64,000 nt of DNA from Euprymna scolopes (taxonomy: Eukaryota). The DNA lies in assembly GCA_053919585.1 (NCBI GenBank), contig CM132785.1. One strand, 5' to 3'. This document shows, one piece after another, positions 52,913 through 64,000 of the stretch (positions are counted from its first letter, which is position 1; the number at the start of each line of letters is the position of its first letter). A program made the translations under genes and the position numbers. A model generated the notes under the pieces. It searched no databases, was not told the origin of the DNA, and saw nothing but the letters and a program-made list of their open reading frames with translations.

Positions 52913-53115
52913 AAAAGGAATTCATGTCTGTTTACATAAAACGGTGTGGATGTGTAAAAATGTTAATTAAAAAAATAAAGTTATCGATATGTCGGTTAAT
53001 TTTGGATCTAAATATCTGGGGTAGAGACGTGTTGAGTCAATATTTAATGATATTTTTCTAGGTTTACTAATTAATTTCACATACTAAGAATTCTAGCTTG
53101 CCTAAAATATTTATT

Positions 53116-53249
53116 NNNNNNNNNNNNNNNNNNNNNNNNNNNNNNNNNNNNNNNNNNNNNNNNNNNNNNNNNNNNNNNNNNNNNNNNNNNNNNNNNNNNN
53201 NNNNNNNNNNNNNNNNNNNNNNNNNNNNNNNNNNNNNNNNNNNNNNNNN
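53116..53249. other. Assembly gap (134 N)
   Basis: Run of n characters. Confidence 0.99.
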
Positions 53250-53520
53250 AATAAATTTATGTATTATTTAGCACGTTTATCACAGTACAGAAAAGTAATA
53301 AATAGATAAAGTAATAAAGATCATAAAAACAAAATCAACAAGTTTATTAATATAAATATAGCATGATTATACATTACTAGGAATGTGTGTCGTAATTATG
53401 ATAAGCTGAACATGAACAAGCCAAGAAAAAACGTAAAATTTAAATGTATTTACGACTTATTATAGGGCAAAAACAAAAAAAATATATATTTAAGGGTGAT
53501 TACAAAAATTAAAAAGTTGA

Positions 53521-53546
53521 TATATACACACACACACACGAACAAT

Positions 53547-53619
<73 letters not shown>

Positions 53620-53622
53620 GTG
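53521..53622. repeat. Compound (CA)n/(TA)n/(TG)n microsatellite
   Basis: Direct reading. Confidence 0.9.
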
Positions 53623-53831
53623 TTAATATTTTCCAGAGGAAAAGCAACGAATGAAATTTTAACGAGGTTAATACCAGAGTGCTTAATATCAAAATAAAAG
53701 AAAATATACAGTTATTTGTTTTATATGAGAATGAATGTATTGCTACACTCGTAATGCGAATATTTTGGTCAACCAGCTACAAATAATTATAGAACGCATA
53801 AGGCGAAATAGCTTATACAAAAGTTTAGTTC

Positions 53832-53836
<5 letters not shown>

Positions 53837-53876
<40 letters not shown>

Positions 53877-53922
53877 CATTAATATTCTTAGTAGTAGTAG
53901 TAGTAGTAGTAGCAGCAGCAGT
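53837..53922. repeat. (TA)n followed by (GTA)n(GCA)n microsatellites
   Basis: Direct reading. Confidence 0.88.
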
Positions 53923-54131
53923 ATAATTTTAAAATACCTACAGAAACTAGTGTTTCATCCATTCTGGAATAACCAGGGACACAATTAATGCCGGTCGGAA
54001 GATTCTAACCCGACTACAAAGCCATCGATGACTCTTTCAGAAACGAACAAACCTCACAGCCGACCTCATCCGCTGAAATGTAACATCCGTCCCAAGGGAT
54101 CTAATGACTAAAAACGCATGATTTGCTCATA

Positions 54132-54133
<2 letters not shown>

Positions 54134-54173
<40 letters not shown>
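54134..54173. repeat. (TA)n microsatellite
   Basis: Direct reading. Confidence 0.92.
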
Positions 54174-54175
<2 letters not shown>

Positions 54176-54477
54176 TAAATATGCATCGGCAGAGCGGCAT
54201 CATAAAATATATATCCGCAAAAATTGGACTAGGAAAATTACGTCGTTTACACCCTTCTGCTTTGAAATCTGAAATTGGCAAGAAACTAATTAATAACCCA
54301 GCTTGTGCCAGTGCCTATAAAATGGAGTGTTTTAGTATTTTAAATACGCTGACTCAATATCATTTAAATATTCTGTGGTCAGTCTCAATTCTTTTACGCC
54401 TACCGTCGCTTTGCAGACATAATATGGTTCGTTAGATCATTGTACCTGATCAAAGTTGGAAATTAATCTTTTCATAC

Positions 54478-54705
54478 CTCCTCTACCGGAATGCACACAT
54501 ATATTTTATGTTATATTTTTGTGTATATATATATTTAATATGAATTATCATTGGAATTTTATCCCTAAACATTCCAGTAAATCGTAAGGTTTAAATAGGT
54601 CATTAGCAATCACAACTTCTGCAATTGCTTTATCCAAAGCCTTGATGTCTTTTTGTCTAATAGCCATGGTCAGTTGGTCACGCAGTGTGTCGGCCAATTT
54701 CACAT
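54478..54705 (-). pseudogene. Disrupted class C exon (stop-containing): decayed exon or terminal exon of the array-2 transcript
   Basis: Nearly identical to the array-2 C exon up to ...KAIAE. It then has an 18-nt in-frame deletion of the ARYPE turn, many substitutions, TGA at 54550-54548, AT-rich filler, and a residual in-frame GGT AGA GGA G|GTATGA at 54487-54472. Confidence 0.6.
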
Positions 54706-57700
54706 CTGACGAACAAATAAGTTTTACCGTCATTATACATAGCAATCCTACATATTGTATACATCTTGGGAAATTTCCAAGAAAAATGCACATTTTCAAA
54801 ATCGATTACAACATCAATAATACTATCAATCTAACCTCCAGTGCCACCACGAAGAATGTCTGCTAAACTTCTAGCCTTCTGGATATCAGTTTCCAGCTCT
54901 GGCATTCCGACTGACACACATTCGCTGATAACCTTGTCCAAAATGATTCTGTCTTTCGCTTTCATTGCTTCCTCCAATTTACTACGTAGTCCATCAACAC
55001 TCTTACTTCCTAACAAGCGAAAAATAACAACAATCATGAGCAACAATAACCACATCGGATGTATTGAATAAAATGCATTAATTTCAAATCCATCACACTA
55101 AAGCACACAATGCATGATTAAAATTCTAACCTCCACGTCCTCCTCCCAAACTTTCCAGAGTGTCCCTGGCTTTACGTAGATCGGAGCTCACTTCGGGAAA
55201 GGCTGCTTCTTCAGCTTCTCCGATCACACTTTGAAGACTGCGTATATCTTTTGAGGCGATCGCTTTCTTTATTTTATCGCGCACATTCTCAGGACTCACA
55301 GTTACGCTTTCTGTTAAGACAAGCACAATTGACGCACTCAATAACATTACAGAAATAATGTAACGTATTCTGATTTGATTCAAATGCATCTATCAGTAAA
55401 CTGAAATTCTCAAATGATCATTCAAACATCGTTTTTAAATAGAATCTCAACATAGATACGCACAAGAATCATGAAAATATCAATATATATATTTGCCCAC
55501 CTCTTCTTGGCATTTCTTCCAAGTCATCCACAAGTTGTCTTGCTTGCTGTACAGCAGAATCTAGTACTGGCATACCAGCAGACACACATTCATTGATCAC
55601 ACCTTCCAGAGTCTCTATATCGCCATCTTGACTTGCTCTTCTTAGTTTTGCAAGCAATATTTCAGGCGATAATATTCCTATTAGATGAAACAAGCGATTT
55701 ACGTTAAACAAATCTTACAACATAGCAACACTACAAATCCGCTCCTAATCATGCAGTATATATATTAAATCTTTTATCTATTTTGATCTAAATAATTAAT
55801 CGTATATCACTAGAATAATCATTTTGTTAATTATTATTTGCTAAGTATAACCTCTCAACTAAAATTTGTTTTTCTACAAGTAACATAATTACAAACTACA
55901 GCAGGTATGCAAATATAATTATCTATACGATTCAATGAATACATGATGTTATGTGGAGCACAACGTGCGTCAATCAGGGTTTGGTAGATGAACTTATCCT
56001 TATCTATATAATCGTTAGATATATAAGCTGAAATTCAAATTTGAACACTAACCTCCGGTACCACCTCCTAGGCTTTTAAGTGTTTCTCTAGCTTCCTGCA
56101 GATCGCAACTCAATTCTGGGTATCTGGCAGCTTCACATTCTGTAATAGCTTCTTTTAATGCTGTCGTATCTTTGCTTCTAACAGCTTCGGCAATTTTCTC
56201 ACGCAAACTCTCCGCAGATTTAATATCTAACAAGCAGAAGCACAATCCAATTGCAAAACACTTTCGATAATTATGAATTTATTCGGTAAATAATAGAGCA
56301 AGTACTTATTTATACACACTTCAGCAAGAAATATCTCTTATAATGAATCATTCATGAAAAATACGTGAATTAAACACAAGTTTTAAATAAAGTAAATATT
56401 GAAGAAGTTCTAACCTCCACTTCCTCCACGAAGAATATCTAAAAGTTTCCGTGCTTTATCGATATCGGCGTCTAATTCTGGTATTCCAGCTGATACACTT
56501 TCAGTAATAACTTTCTCAAGCAGAGATTTGTCTTGTTTTCTCATGGCTTCTGTCAGTTTCGCTCTCACACTGTCCACATTTGTCGTTCCTGTTAAGCAAA
56601 CGTTTCACAAATACAAACACTGTCACAATATTACACTGAAAGCGACAACTAGTGATAAAGAAAAAGAATATAAAATGAAATTTTCCATGCAAGACAAATG
56701 AAATTTAAGTGAGAATTATTCTAACCTCCGAGACCACCTCCTAACTGTTGAAGGGCTTCTCTTGCTTTCCGTAGCACTGAACTCAGTTCTGGCAATGCGG
56801 CACGCTCGGCACCTTCGATAACTCTTTCCAGACTAGCTTTGTCTTTGGAGTCGCTCGCTTTTTCCAGCTCATCCCGTAATTCACGCACAGACTTCTTTGG
56901 CATTTCTGACAACGGCAACAAACCATTACCATATATTAGTTTAATTTCTTAAAAATTGACCTAAATCATTGTTTTAAATTTACAACTGAAAGTAACCAGA
57001 ATTTGAGTTCAATTAAATAAAACACCCACCTCCTATTCTGGCGTATCCAATAGGGGATAAATTGCGCCTAGCCTCTTGGATTACACTATCCAATTCTGGC
57101 ATTCCAGCCGCTACACATTCACTGATCACATTCTCCAAACTGTCCTTATCTCCAACTCTCATAGTTGTCCTCAATTTCTCTCGTAAAGCGTCCGCTGTTA
57201 AAGTACCTACAATTTCAAATTCACAATTCCCTTTCTCAAACCGATTTAATCACTAATGTAATTTCATAAATTATTACATTTGAATTCTATTCTACTACAG
57301 GACACTCAGTTACTACCAGAGGTTAGATTCTACCGCCGCTCCTCCGCCAATATTATTTCTATAAATCATATATGATTCACTAGTTAAAAAAGTGTCCTCT
57401 TCGACTTTTCAATAATTTTTCATTCAACGGGATTTGATATCAAAGTAATAATTCCAATAGATAATCTCGTTCATAATATTATTAAATTCTACTGACGTAA
57501 ACCTCTTATTATCAGCTCAATATACCAACACAGAAAAGAAGATGTATTTTTTCACTTTCCGAAATGTACAATTTGAAAATGATGCAATCTAATAAAGCAG
57601 ACTTTAGAAACTGACCTCCTCGTCCTCCACCTAAACTTTCCAGTGAATCGCGGGCTTTACGTAGGTCACTGGCAATCTCTGGGTATCTGGCAACCTCAGC

Positions 57701-60700
57701 TTCTGCAATTGCTTTATCCAAAGCCTTGATGTCTTTTTGTCTAATAGCCATGGTCAGTTGGTCACGCAGTGTGTCGGCCGATTTCACATCTGACGAACAA
57801 ATAAGTTTTACCGTCATTATACATAGCAATCCTACATATTGTATACATCTTGGGAAATTTCCAAGAAAAATGCACATTTTCAAAATCGATTACAACGTCA
57901 ATAATACTATCAATCTAACCTCCAGTGCCACCACGAAGAATGTCTGCTAAACTTCTAGCCTTCTGGATATCAGTTTCCAGCTCTGGCATTCCGACTGACA
58001 CACATTCGCTGATAACCTTGTCCAAAATGATTCTGTCTTTCGCTTTCATTGCTTCCTCCAATTTACTACGTAGTCCATCAACACTCTTACTTCCTAACAA
58101 GCGAAAAATAACAACAATCATGAGCAACAATAACCACATCGGATGTATTGAATAAAATGCATTAATTTCAAATCCATCACACTAAAGCACACAATGCATG
58201 ATTAAAATTCTAACCTCCACGTCCTCCTCCCAAACTTTCCAGAGTGTCCCTGGCTTTACGTAGATCGGAGCTCACTTCGGGAAAGGCTGCTTCTTCAGCT
58301 TCTCCGATCACACTTTGAAGACTGCGTATATCTTTTGAGACGATCGCTTTCTTTATTTTATCGCGCACATTCTCAGGACTCACAGTTACGCTTTCTGTTA
58401 AGACAAGCACAATTGACGCACTCAATAACATTACAGAAATAATGTAACGTATTCTGATTTGATTCAAATGCATCTATCAGTAAACTGCAATTCTCAAATG
58501 ACCATTCAAACATCGTTTTTAAATAGAATCTCAACATAGATACGCACAAGAATCATGAAAATATCAATATATATATTTGCCCACCTCTTCTTGGCATTTC
58601 TTCCAAGTCATCCACAAGTTGTCTTGCTTGCTGTACAGCAGAATCTAGTACTGGCATACCAGCAGACACACATTCATTGATCACACCTTCCAGAGTCTCT
58701 ATATCGCCATCTTGACTTGCTCTTCTTAGTTTTGCAAGCAATATTTCAGGCGATAATATTCCTATTAGATGAAACAAGCGATTTACGTTAAACAAATCTT
58801 ACAACATAGCAACACTACAAATCCGCTCCTAATCATGCAGTATATATATTAAATCTTTTATCTATTTTGATCTAAATAATTAATCGTATATCACTAGAAT
58901 AATCATTTTGTTAATTATTATTTGCTAAGTATAACCTCTCAACTAAAATTTGTTTTTCTACAAGTAACATAATTACAAACTACAGCAGGTATACAAATAT
59001 AATTATCTATACGATTCAATGAATACATGATGTTATGTGGAGCACAACGTGCGTCAATCAGGGTTTGGTAGATGAACTTATCCTTATCTATATAATCGTT
59101 AGATATATAAGCTGAAATTCGAATTTGAACACTAACCTCCGGTACCACCTCCTAGGCTTTTCAGTGTTTCTCTAGCTTCCTGCAGATCGCAACTCAATTC
59201 TGGGTATCTGGCAGCTTCACATTCTGTAATAGCTTCTTTTAATGCTGTCGTATCTTTGCTTCTAACAGCTTCGGCAATTTTCTCACGCAAACTCTCCGCA
59301 GATTTAATATCTAACAAGCAGAAGCACAATCCAATTGCAAAACACTTTCGATAATTATGAATTTATTCGGTAAATAATAGAGCAAGTACTTATTTATACA
59401 CACTTCAGCAAGAAATATCTCTTATAATGAATCATTCATGAAAAATACGTGAATTAAACACAAGTTTTAAATAAAGTAAATATTGAAGAAGTTCTAACCT
59501 CCACTTCCTCCACGAAGAATATCTAAAAGTTTCCGTGCTTTATCGATATCGGCGTCTAATTCTGGTATTCCAGCTGATACACTTTCAGTAATAACTTTCT
59601 CAAGCAGAGATTTGTCTTGTTTTCTCATGGCTTCTGTCAGTTTCGCTCTCACACTGTCCACATTTGTCGTTCCTGTTAAGCAAACGTTTCACAAATACAA
59701 ACACTGTCACAATATTACACTGAAAGCGACAACTAGTGATAAAGAAAAAGAATATAAAATGAAATTTTCCATGCAAGACAAATGAAATTTAAGTGAGAAT
59801 TATTCTAACCTCCGAGACCACCTCCTAACTGTTGAAGGGCTTCTCTTGCTTTCCGTAGCACTGAACTCAGTTCTGGCAATGCGGCACGCTCGGCACCTTC
59901 GATAACTCTTTCCAGACTAGCTTTGTCTTTGGAGTCGCTCGCTTTTTCCAGCTCATCCCGTAATTCACGCACAGACTTCTTTGGCATTTCTGACAACGGC
60001 AACAAACCATTACCATATATTAGTTTAATTTCTTAAAAATTGACCTAAATCATTGTTTTAAATTTACAACTGAAAGTAACCAGAATTTGAGTTCAATTAA
60101 ATAAAACACCCACCTCCTATTCTGGCGTATCCAATAGGGGATAAATTGCGCCTAGCCTCTTGGATTACACTATCCAATTCTGGCATTCCAGCCGCTACAC
60201 ATTCACTGATCACATTCTCCAAACTGTCCTTATCTCCAACTCTCATAGTTGTCCTCAATTTCTCTCGTAAAGCGTCCGCTGTTAAAGTACCTACAATTTC
60301 AAATTCACAATTCCCTTTCTCAAACCGATTTAATCACTAATGTAATTTCATAAATTATTACATTTGAATTCTATTCTACTACAGGACACTCAGTTACTAC
60401 CAGAGGTTAGATTCTACCGCCGCTCCTCCGCCAATATTATTTCTATAAATCATATATGATTCACTAGTTAAAAAAGTGTCCTCTTCGACTTTTCAATAAT
60501 TTTTCATTCAACGGGATTTGATATCAAAGTAATAATTCCAATAGATAATCTCGTTCATAATATTATTAAATTCTACTGACGTAAACCTCTTATTATCAGC
60601 TCAATATACCAACACAGAAAAGAAGATGTATTTTTTCACTTTCCGAAATGTACAATTTGAAAATGATGCAATCTAATAAAGCAGACTTTAGAAACTGACC

Positions 60701-63700
60701 TCCTCGTCCTCCACCTAAACTTTCCAGTGAATCGCGGGCTTTACGTAGGTCACTGGCAATCTCTGGGTATCTGGCAACCTCAGCTTCTGCAATTGCTTTA
60801 TCCAAAGCCTTGATGTCTTTTTGTCTAATAGCCATGGTCAGTTGGTCACGCAGTGTGTCGGCCGATTTCACATCTGACGAACAAATAAGTTTTACCGTCA
60901 TTATACATAGCAATCCTACATATTGTATACATCTTGGGAAATTTCCAAGAAAAATGCACATTTTCAAAATCGATTACAACGTCAATAATACTATCAATCT
61001 AACCTCCAGTGCCACCACGAAGAATGTCTGCTAAACTTCTAGCCTTCTGGATATCAGTTTCCAGCTCTGGCATTCCGACTGACACACATTCGCTGATAAC
61101 CTTGTCCAAAATGATTCTGTCTTTCGCTTTCATTGCTTCCTCCAATTTACTACGTAGTCCATCAACACTCTTACTTCCTAACAAGCGAAAAATAACAACA
61201 ATCATGAGCAACAATAACCACATCGGATGTATTGAATAAAATGCATTAATTTCAAATCCATCACACTAAAGCACACAATGCATGATTAAAATTCTAACCT
61301 CCACGTCCTCCTCCCAAACTTTCCAGAGTGTCCCTGGCTTTACGTAGATCGGAGCTCACTTCGGGAAAGGCTGCTTCTTCAGCTTCTCCGATCACACTTT
61401 GAAGACTGCGTATATCTTTTGAGACGATCGCTTTCTTTATTTTATCGCGCACATTCTCAGGACTCACAGTTACGCTTTCTGTTAAGACAAGCACAATTGA
61501 CGCACTCAATAACATTACAGAAATAATGTAACGTATTCTGATTTGATTCAAATGCATCTATCAGTAAACTGCAATTCTCAAATGACCATTCAAACATCGT
61601 TTTTAAATAGAATCTCAACATAGATACGCACAAGAATCATGAAAATATCAATATATATATTTGCCCACCTCTTCTTGGCATTTCTTCCAAGTCATCCACA
61701 AGTTGTCTTGCTTGCTGTACAGCAGAATCTAGTACTGGCATACCAGCAGACACACATTCATTGATCACACCTTCCAGAGTCTCTATATCGCCATCTTGAC
61801 TTGCTCTTCTTAGTTTTGCAAGCAATATTTCAGGCGATAATATTCCTATTAGATGAAACAAGCGATTTACGTTAAACAAATCTTACAACATAGCAACACT
61901 ACAAATCCGCTCCTAATCATGCAGTATATATATTAAATCTTTTATCTATTTTGATCTAAATAATTAATCGTATATCACTAGAATAATCATTTTGTTAATT
62001 ATTATTTGCTAAGTATAACCTCTCAACTAAAATTTGTTTTTCTACAAGTAACATAATTACAAACTACAGAAGGTATGCAAATATAATTATCTATACGATT
62101 CAATGAATACATGATGTTATGTGGAGCACAACGTGCGTCAATCAGGGTTTGGTAGATGAACTTATCCTTATCTATATAATCGTTAGATATATAAGCTGAA
62201 ATTCAAATTTGAACACTAACCTCCGGTACCACCTCCTAGGCTTTTAAGTGTTTCTCTAGCTTCCTGCAGATCGCAACTCAATTCTGGGTATCTGGCAGCT
62301 TCACATTCTGTAATAGCTTCTTTTAATGCTGTCGTATCTTTGCTTCTAACAGCTTCGGCAATTTTCTCACGCAAACTCTCCGCAGATTTAATATCTAACA
62401 AGCAGAAGCACAATCCAATTGCAAAACACTTTCGATAATTATGAATTTATTCGGTAAATAATAGAGCAAGTACTTATTTATACACACTTCAGCAAGAAAT
62501 ATCTCTTATAATGAATCATTCATGAAAAATACGTGAATTAAACACAAGTTTTAAATAAAGTAAATATTGAAGAAGTTCTAACCTCCACTTCCTCCACGAA
62601 GAATATCTAAAAGTTTCCGTGCTTTATCGATATCGGCGTCTAATTCTGGTATTCCAGCTGATACACTTTCAGTAATAACTTTCTCAAGCAGAGATTTGTC
62701 TTGTTTTCTCATGGCTTCTGTCAGTTTCGCTCTCACACTGCCCACATTTGTCGTTCCTGTTAAGCAAACGTTTCACAAATACAAACACTGTCACAATATT
62801 ACACTGAAAGCGACAACTAGTGATAAAGAAAAAGAATATAAAATGAAATTTTCCATGCAAGACAAATGAAATTTAAGTGAGAATTATTCTAACCTCCGAG
62901 ACCACCTCCTAACTGTTGAAGGGCTTCTCTTGCTTTCCGTAGCACTGAACTCAGTTCTGGCAATGCGGCACGCTCGGCACCTTCGATAACTCTTTCCAGA
63001 CTAGCTTTGTCTTTGGAGTCGCTCGCTTTTTCCAGCTCATCCCGTAATTCACGCACAGACTTCTTTGGCATTTCTGACAACGGCAACAAACCATTACCAT
63101 ATATTAGTTTAATTTCTTAAAAATTGACCTAAATCATTGTTTTAAATTTACAACTGAAAGTAACCAGAATTTGAGTTCAATTAAATAAAACACCCACCTC
63201 CTATTCTGGCGTATCCAATAGGGGATAAATTGCGCCTAGCCTCTTGGATTACACTATCCAATTCTGGCATTCCAGCCGCTACACATTCACTGATCACATT
63301 CTCCAAACTGTCCTTATCTCCAACTCTCATAGTTGTCCTCAATTTCTCTCGTAAAGCGTCCGCTGTTAAAGTACCTACAATTTCAAATTCACAATTCCCT
63401 TTCTCAAACCGATTTAATCACTAATGTAATTTCATAAATTATTACATTTGAATTCTATTCTACTACAGGACACTCAGTTACTACCAGAGGTTAGATTCTA
63501 CCGCCGCTCCTCCGCCAATATTATTTCTATAAATCATATATGATTCACTAGTTAAAAAAGTGTCCTCTTCGACTTTTCAATAATTTTTCATTCAACGGGA
63601 TTTGATATCAAAGTAATAATTCCAATAGATAATCTCGTTCATAATATTATTAAATTCTACTGACGTAAACCTCTTATTATCAGCTCAATATACCAACACA

Positions 63701-64000
63701 GAAAAGAAGATGTATTTTTTCACTTTCCGAAATGTACAATTTGAAAATGATGCAATCTAATAAAGCAGACTTTAGAAACTGACCTCCTCGTCCTCCACCT
63801 AAACTTTCCAGTGAATCGCGGGCTTTACGTAGGTCACTGGCAATCTCTGGGTATCTGGCAACCTCAGCTTCTGCAATTGCTTTATCCAAAGCCTTGATGT
63901 CTTTTTGTCTAATAGCCATGGTCAGTTGGTCACGCAGTGTGTCGGCCGATTTCACATCTGACGAACAAATAAGTTTTACCGTCATTATACATAGCAATCC
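54615..64000. repeat. Tandem array 2: at least 3 near-identical units of 3084 bp, each with 8 exons
   Basis: ORFs recur at exactly +3084 (54831/57915/60999; 55126/58210/61294; 56721/59805/62889). Introns are nearly identical between units. Confidence 0.96.
54836..63957 (-). CDS. Upstream segment or paralog of the same repeat protein: 24 intact exons (3 x 8), ~1,410 aa; continues past the right window edge
   Basis: Top-unit exons: 63784-63957, 63198-63374, 62894-63073, 62583-62756, 62221-62394, 61669-61845, 61299-61478, 61004-61177. The same set recurs at -3084 and -6168. All are AG/GT, phase 1-1, and total 1410 nt per unit. Confidence 0.85.

Noticed and set aside
53945-54120. Possible second mariner fragment on the minus strand
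   Set aside because: Only vague similarity, with no TIR or convincing motif.
47250-54435. ORFs with YIYIYI, VCVCVC or HTHTHT runs (47250, 49377, 53450, 53735, 54118)
   Set aside because: They are translations of microsatellites.
1567-63424. Recurrent plus-strand ORFs (MPPRRISATLL..., MSLALTSSEL..., MFVNNVKSR..., MNNTNNMKR..., MSGNFTSAQ...)
   Set aside because: They are antisense shadows of the minus-strand exons. Splice signals and protein-level conservation across diverged copies exist only on the minus strand, and these ORFs come and go with intronic indels.

Overview
This is AT-rich, microsatellite-laden eukaryotic (metazoan-type) genomic DNA, not prokaryotic. Almost the whole window is the interior of a giant, intron-rich, minus-strand repeat-protein locus that the ORF track breaks into hundreds of false mini-ORFs. 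GT-AG boundaries define about 166 intact exons of 174-201 nt. I checked the boundaries by hand for the unique exons and for representative units, then extrapolated by periodicity. Each exon is a multiple of 3, is flanked by phase-1 introns, and encodes one ~58-60 aa predicted three-helix module (consensus LRDxLxxAIxxKDxxxLExxIxExxxAxxPELxxDxxxARxxLxxLGGGxGG). Four module classes (here C, D, A, B) cycle in fixed order. They are amplified as (i) 32 near-identical 1283/1284/1290-bp four-exon units (~3.1-44.5 kb) and (ii) at least 3 near-identical 3084-bp eight-exon units (~54.6 kb to the window end). Between the arrays lie diverged single-copy exons with transposon relics in their introns (mariner, Helitron-like), a 134-N assembly gap and one stop-containing exon. 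Spliced end to end, the exons below the gap give ~8,350 aa and those above give ~1,410 aa. No start exon, signal peptide or non-repeat domain is visible, so I cannot name the gene.
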